A DNA stretch of 62,813 nt, counting the filler, from Choristocarpus tenellus KU-1152 (Eukaryota; Protista; Phaeophyceae), in NCBI GenBank assembly GCA_964200185.2. It is 11 parts of 11 records of this genome, joined end to end, with 100 filler letters (N's around TTAATTAATTAA, not from the genome) between each part and the next. Parts side by side here need not be neighbours in the genome. Positions count along the whole stretch, not along the records: positions 1 to 4,793 come from CAXNAD020013036.1; positions 4,894 to 10,850 come from CAXNAD020009315.1; positions 10,951 to 15,505 come from CAXNAD020014020.1; 8 more parts are not named here. The stretch is one strand, 5' to 3'. Made by a program: the position numbers and the translations under genes. Below the pieces are notes generated by a model, which worked only from the letters and a program-made list of their open reading frames with translations, had not been told where the DNA came from and did no database searches. Below are positions 1 through 11,071 of the stretch, piece after piece; the first letter of the stretch is position 1, and the number at the start of each line of letters is the position of its first letter.

Positions 1-58
1 CAAGCCCCACAAATGGATAAACAGGGAAAAATTCGTACCCTCTAAGATAGTTTCACTC
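1..58 (-). mobile_element. MITE family A, partial terminus
   Basis: Ends in TACCCTCTAAGATAGTTTCACTC, the reverse complement of the family A left end at 574. Confidence 0.8.
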
Positions 59-234
59 ACACCGCACAGAACTTCTCGAACTCATCAGTTCCTGGTGGCA
101 GAGTGATGAGGTCGGCGAAAGAAGTCGTATCATTAGATTACAATTCAGAGGTTCGTGTCGACCAGAATACAAAAAATAAATCATTGATATGTTATGACGT
201 GAAGAAACATTTGAGAATTAATGGTCGTAGCTTT

Positions 235-1610
235 ACCTTCATCTGCACAAATCAGCGCCAGAGACACGATGGCATTGTAGAATTGAGCTGCTGTGCCGGG
301 GCTGGCACTGTTGAGACCACTGTCCTAGTTCGTATCGACCCAAGCCTCCTTCAAAAATGCCATTATCTTGGTAGCTACAGTTTTCCTCGCTGCTACCTTG
401 AACACGGTGTCTCTATCCCTGAAGTCGATCTTTCCTAGAGAGTGCAGGTTACACAGCCTGACCAGTGTCTTGCGCCTCTTCTTCTTCCTGTCATTGCTCA
501 GGTCCGGCGGAGTGCATGGGAGGTCCTCAACCTTCCGAATTCTCTCCAGAAGTCCTTCATGGCCCACAACCATGAGTGAAAGTATCTTAGAGGGTACGAG
601 TTTTGCCTTGTTTGTCCATTTGGGGCTTGGCTTCTCATGAGTTATTTAGTGACATTTTCCTACTCCAAAATGCTTAGGAGTAGGTAAAGTGTGCATTTTA
701 GGAAAAGGTGTGTCAGGAACATGGATATTGACACTTCCTAACAAAAGCGATAGCCAAAATTATATCATAATCGCAACCTTCGACTTTGGCCCCCAAATGG
801 ACGCGGCTCTACCCTCTAAGATACTTTGGCTCCCATGATACCATCCAGGGAAAGACGTTCACCATGTTGGGGACGTGGGATCTGCTCGAAGCCACACCTT
901 GTCCGATAGAGATGAATTCTACCTTCTCCCTGTTGCTTTGCGGAAAAGTTTTCCTCCCGTGGGTGTTGTTACAGCGGCGTTGCAGAGTGTGGTTTACTCC
1001 CGAGGCCCAAGCCTTGTCGACGAACCCGGGAATGTTGATATTATTCGGCAGAATGTCCTCCTGCTGTATGGTCTTGAGTATCCTGATTACTTGTGCTGCC
1101 CGTTAAGGCAATAAAAGATGTTGCAGTCCTTCAGGTTCCTCTTCATGCCCGTCTTGTCCTTCATCACGAATCCACCCATTCTGTACCTCTTGAAAGAGCA
1201 TTTATGGAAAGACCGGGCGGAAACCCGTAGTCCTTCATGTACTCCTTTATCCCGTCTGTGGTCTTCCAATGGGAGCACACAACGAAAGGCTGCGAACTGA
1301 GGATGGTGGAGATCTGGTCCGCTGCCTGTTCGGGATCCCTCGCAAGGTCTTTGAGCATGGACGCAACTCTATCCTTGTCCAGTAGATTTGCGTTATACTT
1401 CTGCGACAGAAATCCGGTGCTGATCAAGTACATTGATTTGATTGCACCTAGGTAATCCAACCAATTTCTGCGGTCCTCTTGTTCATCTCTTGGTAAGCAG
1501 ATTCGCTCATGGTCCTTCATGCAGTGTACAATTTTGGAAAACGTGGGATCAAACGAAAGGAGGCATTGGGAATGGAGGTCAGTAAAGTATGAAGCTGATA
1601 TGTTTCGCAT
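235..1610 (-). pseudogene. Degraded gene of unknown function, interrupted by a MITE
   Basis: 148-aa ORF 1610-1164 continues through frameshifted open stretches (VIRILKTIQQEDILPNNINIPGFVDKAW..., then MVVGHEGLLERIRKVEDL...) across the MITE at 574-832 to a possible GT donor near 235. No domain recognised. Confidence 0.4.
574..832 (+). mobile_element. MITE family A (259 bp, Sola2-like GAG...CTC termini)
   Basis: Imperfect TIR GAGTGAAAGTATCTTAGAGGGTA / TACCCTCTAAGATACTTTGGCTC; 4-bp TSD CCAT at 570-573 and 833-836; several homologous copies in the window. Confidence 0.9.
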
Positions 1611-1829
1611 GGTTGAGTGTTGAAGGTAGTGAGGTAGGGATGAAATAATACAAGCAATATGACAAGTGTTTAGCGAACAAGCAGACTATTGAGTAGTTTG
1701 CCAAAGATGATGCGTGTGTGGGGATAGTGTGATTTACACCATTAAGAGAATACCTCTCTTACATTAAACATGAAAAGCGGATGAGAGGTAATTTGAAGGG
1801 CTTTCCATTTTCTCGACAGAATTTCGAAC

Positions 1830-2290
1830 GAAAGCGTCTGAAAATTTAAAATAGTTGAGAAGCGAAACTTCATAAATTTGTTATCTTCCGAATGCTTGTG
1901 TTTGGTGGGGATTTTTTCTCAAATACGTCGGCTGACGTTTGATGAAAATTAGAGATATTTGAGAAGCGAAACTTGATCCATTTATTTATTTCCCAATGCA
2001 TGTGTTTGGTGGGGATTTTTTCTCAAAATACGTCGGCCGACGTTTGATGAAAACTAGAGATAGTTGAGAAGCGAAACTTGATTAATTTTTTTATTTCCGA
2101 ATGAGTGTGGTTAGAGGGGGATCCTTTCTTCCTTGAAAAAAAAAAGTCGTGCAAAAAAAACATGTTATGTTCGACGGGATCTGAAAATTCAAAATGGTTG
2201 AGATGCGAAACTTGATTGATTTATTTTCTTCGGAATGCATGTGGTTGGTGGGGATCCTTTGTTTCTTCGAGAAAAAAGAAAATTCGTGCA
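1830..2290. repeat. Tandem repeat, about 4 units of 105-130 bp
   Basis: GAGA(A/T)GCGAAACTT recurs near 1857, 1961, 2066 and 2199, each followed by a GGTGGGGAT-like motif. Confidence 0.85.
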
Positions 2291-2299
2291 AAAAAAAAT

Positions 2300-3120
2300 G
2301 TGGCGTGGGCAGTGAAGCGCTAAAGTGCTGGGTAACGAGGATTGGCTACAGAGGAGAGTGGCTTTGTTGGTGAATATTAAGATGATATCGAAAGTGATGG
2401 ATAGGTGAGATGCAATACTCGAAAGATTTGATTACTTTTGAATGCAAAAAACACTAGGGATCATGTATTCCTTCTTCAACATGTTAACACGGGCAGCGAA
2501 CTGCTGCAGGAAGTGACGAGAATTGGCTACAGTGGAGAGTGGTTTCTTCTGTTGGTGAATCCTAAAATGATGTCGAAAATTCGGAATGGGTGAGATGCAA
2601 TACTCGAAAGAAATATTACTTTTGAATGAAAAAAACACTGGGGATCATGTATTCAACAACATGTTAACACAGGCAGCGAACTACTGTGGGAAGTGGCCAG
2701 AAAGTGGCCAGAATTGGCTACAGTGGAGAGTGGTTTCTTCTGTTGGTGAATCCTAAAATGATGTCAAAAATTCCGTATGGGTGAGGTGCAATTCTCGAAA
2801 GAAATGATTACTCGTTGGAATGAAAAAAATCGAATAGGGTTATCTATTCCTTTCCACAAAAACAGATAATGTGAGTGGTGAAGTGCTGCAGGTAGTGATG
2901 AAGTTGGCTACAGGGGAGAGTGGTTTCCTCTGTTGGTGAGTCCTAAAATGATGTCGGAAATTCCGGATGGGTGAGGTACAATTCTTGAAAGAAATGATTA
3001 CTCGTTGGAATGAAAAAAATCGAATAGGATTATCTATTCCTTTCCACAAAAACAGATTACGTGAGTGGTGAAGTGCTGCGGGTAGTGGTAAGAGTTGGCT
3101 ATAGGGGAGAGTGGCTTCTT
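2300..3120. repeat. Tandem repeat, 4-5 units of about 190 bp
   Basis: TTGGCTA(C/T)AG..GAGAGTGG recurs at 2342, 2523, 2714, 2904 and 3095. Confidence 0.9.
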
Positions 3121-4793
3121 ATGTACATCAACATAAAAATGTGATATGGGAGTAAGGGCAACGATATTAACAGCTATACTTGTGAGGGGGCATACAATCT
3201 CTGTACAAATAATTCGCTTGGTGAACTCTGTAGACCTTGAGAAGGTTTTCTAACAAGACTATGTTGAGTCGGTCAAGGTGTATGCCAGGGATATGCAGTC
3301 ATGCAAATTAAGGAGAGATGCGCAATGCGATGATGCACGTTTAGAAAGGGGTGTAGCAAAAGACGGGTAAATGGTGTGCATACTGTTCTCAGGGAAGAAC
3401 AGCACAAAAGCTGTTTTTATAAACTTCGACAATCGTAGTAACCATTTCAGAATTTGGGAAGAGAGAGGGAGAGAGTGGTGCACGCGGTGGCTGGCATCAT
3501 TGACAATACCAGAGATGCGTATACTCTTAAATCCCAATCGTTCAAAATAATGGTGACCTCATGATTTCGTTAACATGTGCCGACTTCGTGCGAGTCTAGG
3601 TGTTGGCGGGGCTGCAATAGTATGCCTGTTTCTTTCACGAGTTGTATAAAGGAGGGTGGTCTCAAAATATCGGAAATAACGACGTCGAACTTCTAGTTTT
3701 GCGGAGGGCTTCTTGGTGTGATGGAGTGCTCAATAAGAATAAGTTGCGTAATGATGGATGGGTGTGTGTGTGTTCTGGCGAGGAATATGATTTCATGTGC
3801 GGGTGTTATTGTGCTAAAAACACCATGCGTTGGTTGTGGGTAGCAACGGTACAGGTAGTGTTGCATACAGTAGGGTTGAGAGAAATAAGATGAGTGTGTG
3901 GTTATGTTATACCCCCGTGCACAGACGCTACTGCGTTCGGGGGATGGGTACATTATGATGTTGACTATGCCTCTGGAATATTATGTCGACATTCCGATAA
4001 TGAGGGTGGGACAACACGGTCAGAGCTATTTCGGGATGAACAATTGCCCAATCCTACGGAAAGGCCAACGAAGATTGGTATATATAGTGATCGGTGGGTT
4101 TTACGGAACATGTTGTGAATGTGCGACTGAATGCGTTAGGGAAAAGATCGGGTGGTAAAATCTGATACAGTGCCGTGTCGAACGCGTAACGCCAACAGGC
4201 CAAGGACAGATGTCTAACGATCATCCTTTCCCATACCCATCTTCCAACGCCAATATGAGGTGCTTGGTTGAATATAAACGAATTCGGAAATAGTACACAA
4301 GCCTTACATTCTTAGCCTCTAAACGTTTGTAGGACGAGAAGGAATCGGCGCGGGTTCTAACTGTGTGTAGGGGCATGTAAGAGGGAAAATATACTGGTGA
4401 ACACCTAGGGTTGAGACTGAATGGTTGAGTTTACGCATGATGCGGCGTGTTGCCATTGGAGCTAGGATAGGGAGGTTGATCAGGCAAATCATTCATCATG
4501 CACAGTGGTGTCTGCTGAGAGTGGGGGATGAGATTTGTCTTATGTGCGCTTGGGTTGAATGCTCTGGAATGACTGTGCACATTTATTCCGTCAAACTCAC
4601 TTGTTGTCTACTGCTTTTGACATCCTCAAGTCCAGCAATTACGACACCTTTCCGTGTTTGCCCTTTGCAGTGGGGTGATGAGGGCGCGTTGCAAAGCGGG
4701 CAACGGAAACCTGTAGGGGAGGAGAAGGCACGTTTTGCGCTTAGTCACTGGTCCGGATGGAGGGGTCACCAAGGGTGGGTTGATTCCGGTCTC

Positions 4794-4893
4794 NNNNNNN
4801 NNNNNNNNNNNNNNNNNNNNNNNNNNNNNNNNNNNNNTTAATTAATTAANNNNNNNNNNNNNNNNNNNNNNNNNNNNNNNNNNNNNNNNNNNN
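4794..4893. other. Assembly gap with artificial TTAATTAATTAA linker (first of ten)
   Basis: 100-bp N-linker-N blocks at 4794-4893, 10851-10950, 15506-15605, 19603-19702, 26447-26546, 29800-29899, 35790-35889, 40481-40580, 50234-50333 and 57360-57459. Confidence 0.97.
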
Positions 4894-5061
4894 GGGGGGG
4901 GGGGGGGGGGTGGTTGGTGAGGGGGCGTCCGTTTCGGTCAAACGTTTTTTTTTGCTGACATTTCTAATCCGACACGTGCGACCGAATCATACCAAAAAAG
5001 TGAAAATCGAAAAAAGGGTGAAAAACGGACGCCGGCACCCCCCCCCAGATACTTTTGACCC
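4894..5061 (-). mobile_element. Poly-G-TIR MITE (family B/C)
   Basis: Ends CCCCCCAGATACTTTTGACCC and is the reverse-complement homolog of 62727-62813; its left part matches 19549-19600. Confidence 0.75.
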
Positions 5062-5849
5062 TTATCTTTAGAAGGTATATATAGAGTTTTATCGCTCCGT
5101 TCAGGTTGAATTTCTACATGTAGATTTTTGACCACCACAACAAAAACATGTAAAATCAGAATCTAATGAGACCCTACATAGAAACCGTCTTCGCCACCAA
5201 CACCCATCTGCATTCTAAGTCTCAACCCGTATGAGGACCTTCGCTATGTTTGATTGCATGACTCCCAATGGTAGCCCTGTATTTGTACTTACGTAGTAAT
5301 ACTGAGCACTATTAATTGCTTTGCTTGACACTTATATAGGGTGAAGAGGGGTTCAAATGTACATACGTCAATGCAGGACTCCTAATGGTACCGTTACCGT
5401 AACTGCTTTATTTACGAGACCATGCCTATAATTTCTTGGTTGATTATACAAACGTTGAGGGTGAAGGGGTCTCAAAGAAGCATGTGGACAGATTTTTCAT
5501 CAATCTGATGCTTATTCGATCAGAGTGAACAAAAATGTCTATCGCTTGCTGAAAGAGTAAGTGCTATATTTGACTGATCTGGACAGTGGTGGAGGTCTCA
5601 TAAAATCTCCAAGCAAAGCGTCTAGATACAATCCTCTAGACCCTAACTCTAACATGGTAGCTGGACACAAAGTGGGGCAAGGACCCTACAGTCATCCATC
5701 CAACAAATGGTCAAAAATAGTCAAGTTAAAAAAATTCAACCACTTTCATACAGTGACAAACACTGACGTCTGAACCGTTAACCCGTCTAAGTTCATGTTC
5801 AGATTTTTTGTGGAAGGGAGACACAACTACTCGGGGTTCCTTTTGTCTG

Positions 5850-6260
5850 GGACTCACTCAGTTCCTCTATATCTTCCTCGTACTTGACATCTCTCCAACA
5901 ACGTCCCTGTTAAGACACCAAACACCAAAGGATGCTCCTTGCCCCAGAAGTTTTCTGGCACGAACGTGACAATGCCAGCAGTGCTGTACTAAACAGAAGC
6001 AACAGTAAAAAAGTCCAGTTGAAACATACACAGAAAATCCCTCTGTACCCCTTCTTTGAGTATTCGTCTTGGTTTGCCTTCAACTGAGCAATGATACTGT
6101 CCTTCACCTCACTGTACATGACAAGGAGCACTGTATCAAATGTACTTGTATGCATCGGAGTAGAGTGCCGGTGAAGTACAGTAGTACTTTCCCGAAATGT
6201 TCGCGACTCTGACCTTGCATATTTTGCCACTCTCGAATAACTACTTTGCGGCTGATACTC
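5850..6260 (-). pseudogene. Possible hAT-like transposase fragment
   Basis: Frameshifted translation ...LLVMYSEVKDSIIAQLKANQDEYSKKGYRGIF / FQLDFFTVASV*YSTAGIVTFVP resembles the region around the first catalytic Asp of hAT transposases. Recognised by eye only. Confidence 0.35.
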
Positions 6261-6268
6261 GGTCAGTG

Positions 6269-6490
6269 AACCCAAAGTATCTTGGGGGGGGTGGGGTCTA
6301 CACCAGACTATCTATTTGGACCAAAACCAGGAAAAATGCAGTTCATTATCCATCCAACATATGGAACCAAATCACCCAAGAATCAAGACATGAAAAAATT
6401 GACCCAAATGGACAGCCGACACACCCCCCAGAAAATTTGAGCCAGAGTCAAAAGCGGACGCCGGCTCCCCCCCCCCCAGATACCTTGACC
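6269..6490 (-). mobile_element. MITE family B copy plus a second B/C terminus
   Basis: AACCCAAAGTATCTTGGGGG...AAATGGACAGCC...TTGAGCC (to about 6444), then CGGACGCCGGC-polyC-AGATACCTTGACC. Confidence 0.7.
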
Positions 6491-8219
6491 AAGTATGCTC
6501 ATCACGAATTATGATATTTCCTCTCGAGGTGGCTCATGAGAGCCGTGTTGCCTTGATTCAGTCCGGTTTAGCACACACCTCAAGTGCACGCATATATGTC
6601 TCAAAAAATAGCATCTCCTTTGCCGATACTGTCAGGCTGGATCACCACCTAAAAGTTACACTCTTCCCATACCCCTCATCTACGATCTCAACACATTTCA
6701 GGACAGGAGACACCTACCTCACCATTTAGGCACCTACAGGTATTGCTGCAACGCTCACACCCCCAATTATTCCTGTTAGGTGTGAGCATATTATTTCGCT
6801 GTGCCGCAGATTTGACACATTGACTAGATGCATTAGCTGATGCGCCAGAATGGTCAATCTGCCCAGCCTATTTATTGGACAGGAATGCACACCACAGAGG
6901 GGGCTGTCAAGCTGGGGGGGCAAGGTGGCGAGAGTGATGTTTGGCTACCTTCACCACTACTATTGCTACTTATGTCATCCCCACTGTCCCTACGTGCTCA
7001 GTGGAATCCAGCAATCCTCGCTGCCACTGTTGTTGCCACACCCTGCTCTGATCCTCTAGATCTATATTGGTCATTATGTGTGTAATGATGAGATATTCAG
7101 TACTACATAGTATGTATGTTACATATATTATTTGCTATTTTACTTCTTTACTTCCTGATTTACTTAGATACATATTTACGCACCTATTATATATATATAT
7201 ATAATATGTATGAAAGTGAGGGATGAAGATGTGATGTGGTATTGATCTTTCAGTATTTAATATTGAATATACAAATTACAAGTATGATAAATAATTATTC
7301 TATGGTCTACCACTATAGGGAAAGGTTTATGGTGTAATCTGTATTTTGTGAGCGTGAGAATTTGCAACGATAGATACGTCCAACGAGGTAACTGTTGGGA
7401 AGGAGAAGAAAAAGATCAGGACGGTAGTCGGAAAGTCGAAGAGAGGATGGCTGGGAAGTGGGCAATATAATCGAGAAATTAACGGGAAATGTGTAACAAG
7501 AGATTGACACAGAGGTAAGGAGGAGTGGGCCAGGACGAAAGGTAAAAGTTCAAGGTAGAGGAAGGGAGCAGGATCAGGGCAACCTCTGAGCAATCTTTCC
7601 CACCTGCTCACTCTCTTGATTGCTTACGATTGAGTTGGATGTTGGGGAGGGGGTAAAGGTCAAACCCAGAGGCGGAGTAGATATCTTCAACTTCAAAGGC
7701 ACAGTATGGGAGAGGATGATTGGATGGAGAGGAGTAGATTTGCCGAGATTGGTTGCATTGGTTGGTGAGTGGATACGTGGAAGTTGGTCCCGTTTGAAAT
7801 GCGGAAATTGGTTCTTGTGGTTGGCAAGTGGACGCACGGAAATTGGACGAATTGGATAAGCGGAAATTGACCGCATTGGTGGGTGAATGGATAATATGAG
7901 GAAATTGGCCGCGTTGGGAGCACAGAAATTGGTCACGTACTTTGTGGTAAGAATATAGTTTGGGGAGGGTGGCGTGCTAAGGAAGAAGTAATGTGATGTT
8001 GGTTGGGGAGGAGTAGAGTGGATGGATGGCTATGACGAGGCTAATTAATTAATCCAGAGTTTGTGAGTAAAGCAAAATGTGTTCATACTAGTATATATTG
8101 TGATTTTTTTAACCGTCAATAGAAAATACGTGGTATCATTCAACATTCGATGTTATAGTAGAAGTAGGATCAATTTCTAGCACAAAAATGTACATTTTAT
8201 ACCATTAAGAAATGACCGA

Positions 8220-10560
8220 ATGCCAACCCAGGGTATGTATATGTTTGGATATGCCCTTCCACGTTTGGAGGAGAGAAGGGATAGCACAAAACCACGCATC
8301 CAACCACATAACTATGAACATCTCTAGGACTACACAATAAGTCATGAGTGTACCCAGGTACTCTGGAGATGGTGAGGGTGGGTTCCCACATGACTATGGT
8401 GTCAGCGTCGATGCATCTGACGGATTTGCCCTTCCACTTGTGGGAGATAACGGTCATATGAAGACCCAGAACCTACCTTGGATGTGTCCATCACTACAGA
8501 TGGCTGGACAGGTCCCTCCTAACACACCTTTCACTCTCTCATCGTGTCCTGCATCGATGGCATGCTCAAGATTCTCTCTCTCTCTCTCTCTCTCTCTCTG
8601 GACTGCATTGGGCACTCAGGTAGAACTACGGAGCATCTTACTGAAAATCTGGTAGTGGTAGTAAGAAATTGAGAACTTAGGGGAATGGTGGAAGCATGTG
8701 TGATAGACTATGAACCATCAATCGCAAAGATGGGTTGCTTACTGGAGGAGGATCATCACTCGAACCATCGCCCATAATAATCGCATAGATCACAATTTGG
8801 AGTATGTAGCAGGTACAGCATTCAACGGTGGCAGAACAAAAATACCATGGAACCAGCCCAAGCAGTTGTTGGTGTCTACTCAAGTCCATTCAGCTCCAGG
8901 AGTGCTTAGAGGAGAAACGTAATACATCGAGAATTAAGCCTAAGAGAGTGATGCGCGATGTACTAACTCATTGTTGATCCACTTATTTGATGGTGGAGCG
9001 CTTTTTGCACCTCAAGTCTGCCATCGTTCTTCACAAGAACATTGATAATACACACAAAGCATGTCGACATTTGAGTGAGGTAAGCACTTGATATAGGACT
9101 GTCATTCAGAAATTGAAAGTTCTTGTAGGCCTCAAGTGTAAAGGTCACCTGTCACACACGTCAAACCTTTCCCAAAAATCTTAACACTAACAACTAATTG
9201 TAGTTTTTCAATATATTATTTATTGCATTTTGTCACAACACCCCATTCCTTCTTTCAATTTTGAAGTTATGTCAAGGTCACCAACACTTACAGAATGTTC
9301 CGCAAGCTTACCATGATGGGATATCCAGCTCCAACCCCTTAATGTTGACCATGAACCTCGTATAAGGCTCCATGATTGCACAAGTCAAGTATGCTGGATC
9401 TCTCACTTCGTTTATTCACTTCATAAATATCGTCCGAGAATAAAATGGAACTAGCAACGACATACACCCTCGATGGGGCATGATGATGACTAACAAATAG
9501 TCAAGAAGTACAAGTATAACAAATCTAGGAAACCAAGGTAATAATGGCGTTTATTAAGCCACCATCAAGACAAACCACCTGCAACACAACTATATATATA
9601 TATATATATATATATAGCGTCATTCGTCATTTCTAGCTGCTTCTCTGTTTTATACCCCTCCAACATTGTCATCTTTAAACTCTCTTCCAATCTCATGTCA
9701 CCTCGCCTTCACTTGTTCTGTTGCTATATTCCAAGTGATGAGTAGTACACCCATCATGGAAGCACGGAAGACTCTCAAGGCTGACACATATGTTAGTTTT
9801 TCTAGTCATCCCCACTAAGTGTGATGTATGAGTGGTGCTGGAGAAAGCAGTACAAGCCTACAGCGCATTCAAAGTCACCACTCTTGAACAGGTGGCAGCG
9901 AAGAATATTGTAAGACAGTCCACAGGGGTGATGTTGACCGGTTTCTTTAATTACTTTAGTACAGGGAGGAACATCGCCCAATCCTTTCACGAGAATAGGC
10001 AGCTGAGAGGAATTAAGTGGAAACAGGTCCTGACTATTTGTATAGACCCCAGAACCAAAATACTACTAATCGAGTGTTCCAGAGAATGAGCATGAGGATA
10101 TTTGGAGGCAGGTGGAGTTGAAAGATTTAGACGTTGTGGAGGAGGGGCACAGAGTACAGGAGCCAGACAGTAGTCCTCTTGTGGAGGACAGTCCTCCTAG
10201 GAAAGACACAACAAGAGGTTTGTAAGAACTGGGGTTCAGTGGAAGTGATATTCGAGCACATGGAGGAAGCAGTATAGAGATCGATGCCTTCAAGGTTGCA
10301 AGAGTGCTCCCCATAACTGATCAAACAGTGGAGCATTCAATGACTCTCTCAAGTGGAGGAGGGAAAGCGACTCCAAGTTTCCACCCCTGAACAACCTTGC
10401 CCGCCGCGTTTTATCCATTCCTGGCAACAAACAACCTCGGAAAAACATGTTCTCAACGGCTGGAACCATTGCAACTTCCAAACGGAACAGCCCGGACGCA
10501 GAAAATGTACAGCTTCTATTTTTCTTCACAACGCCTGGATGAAGGCATATCAGTTACACA
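8220..10560 (+). pseudogene. hAT-superfamily transposase pseudogene with probable intron
   Basis: Colinear hAT motifs: DVSITTDGWT (8481-8510), VIDYEPSI (about 8700), RIDHNLE (about 8785), MRDVLTHC*STYLMVERFLHLKSAI (about 8950-9025), PIMEARKTLKADTYVS (about 9750), CIDPRTK (about 10045), and dimerisation domain SKFPPLNNLARRVLSIPG...MFSTAGTIATSKRNS (10370-10495). Stops and frameshifts present. Confidence 0.85.
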
Positions 10561-10950
10561 AGAGGCTGCAAACAAAATACAAAAGAAATGGTACCACCCA
10601 AACACCATTGAGCAACGCCTATCCACAACATACAAAAACAGTAAAATAGATGTAACAAAATGTTAATGTTGAAAGCAGTGAATACGTCATTCCTCATTCC
10701 ATAATGCTCCTCTCGACAACTCACTGGTCCAAATAATTAATATGCGCAACAAAAAAATAACAAAACACACACGCAAGAAAAGTCTCTAGGACAACACATC
10801 AAAGCATATGTAGTAGTGGGTAAAGACCAGACTCAAAGTATCTGGGGGGGNNNNNNNNNNNNNNNNNNNNNNNNNNNNNNNNNNNNNNNNNNNNTTAATT
10901 AATTAANNNNNNNNNNNNNNNNNNNNNNNNNNNNNNNNNNNNNNNNNNNN

Positions 10951-11071
10951 ACATGGGAAGCCAAGCCCCAAAAATGTATACATTTTACCTACTCCGAAAC
11001 ATTTTGGAGTCGGAAAATGTTAAAAAAAAAACATGCGAAGACAAACAGGGAAAAATTCGTACCCTCTAAGA
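10951..11071 (-). mobile_element. MITE family A, partial and rearranged
   Basis: Contains CATTTTACCTACTCCGAAACATTTTGGAGT and CGTACCCTCTAAGATA. Confidence 0.75.

Noticed and set aside
4838-4849. TTAATTAATTAA motif recurring ten times
   Set aside because: Artificial scaffolding linker embedded in N runs, not biological.
7313-7936. Overlapping ORFs of 65-120 aa
   Set aside because: Purine-skewed low-complexity sequence; no recognisable domain.
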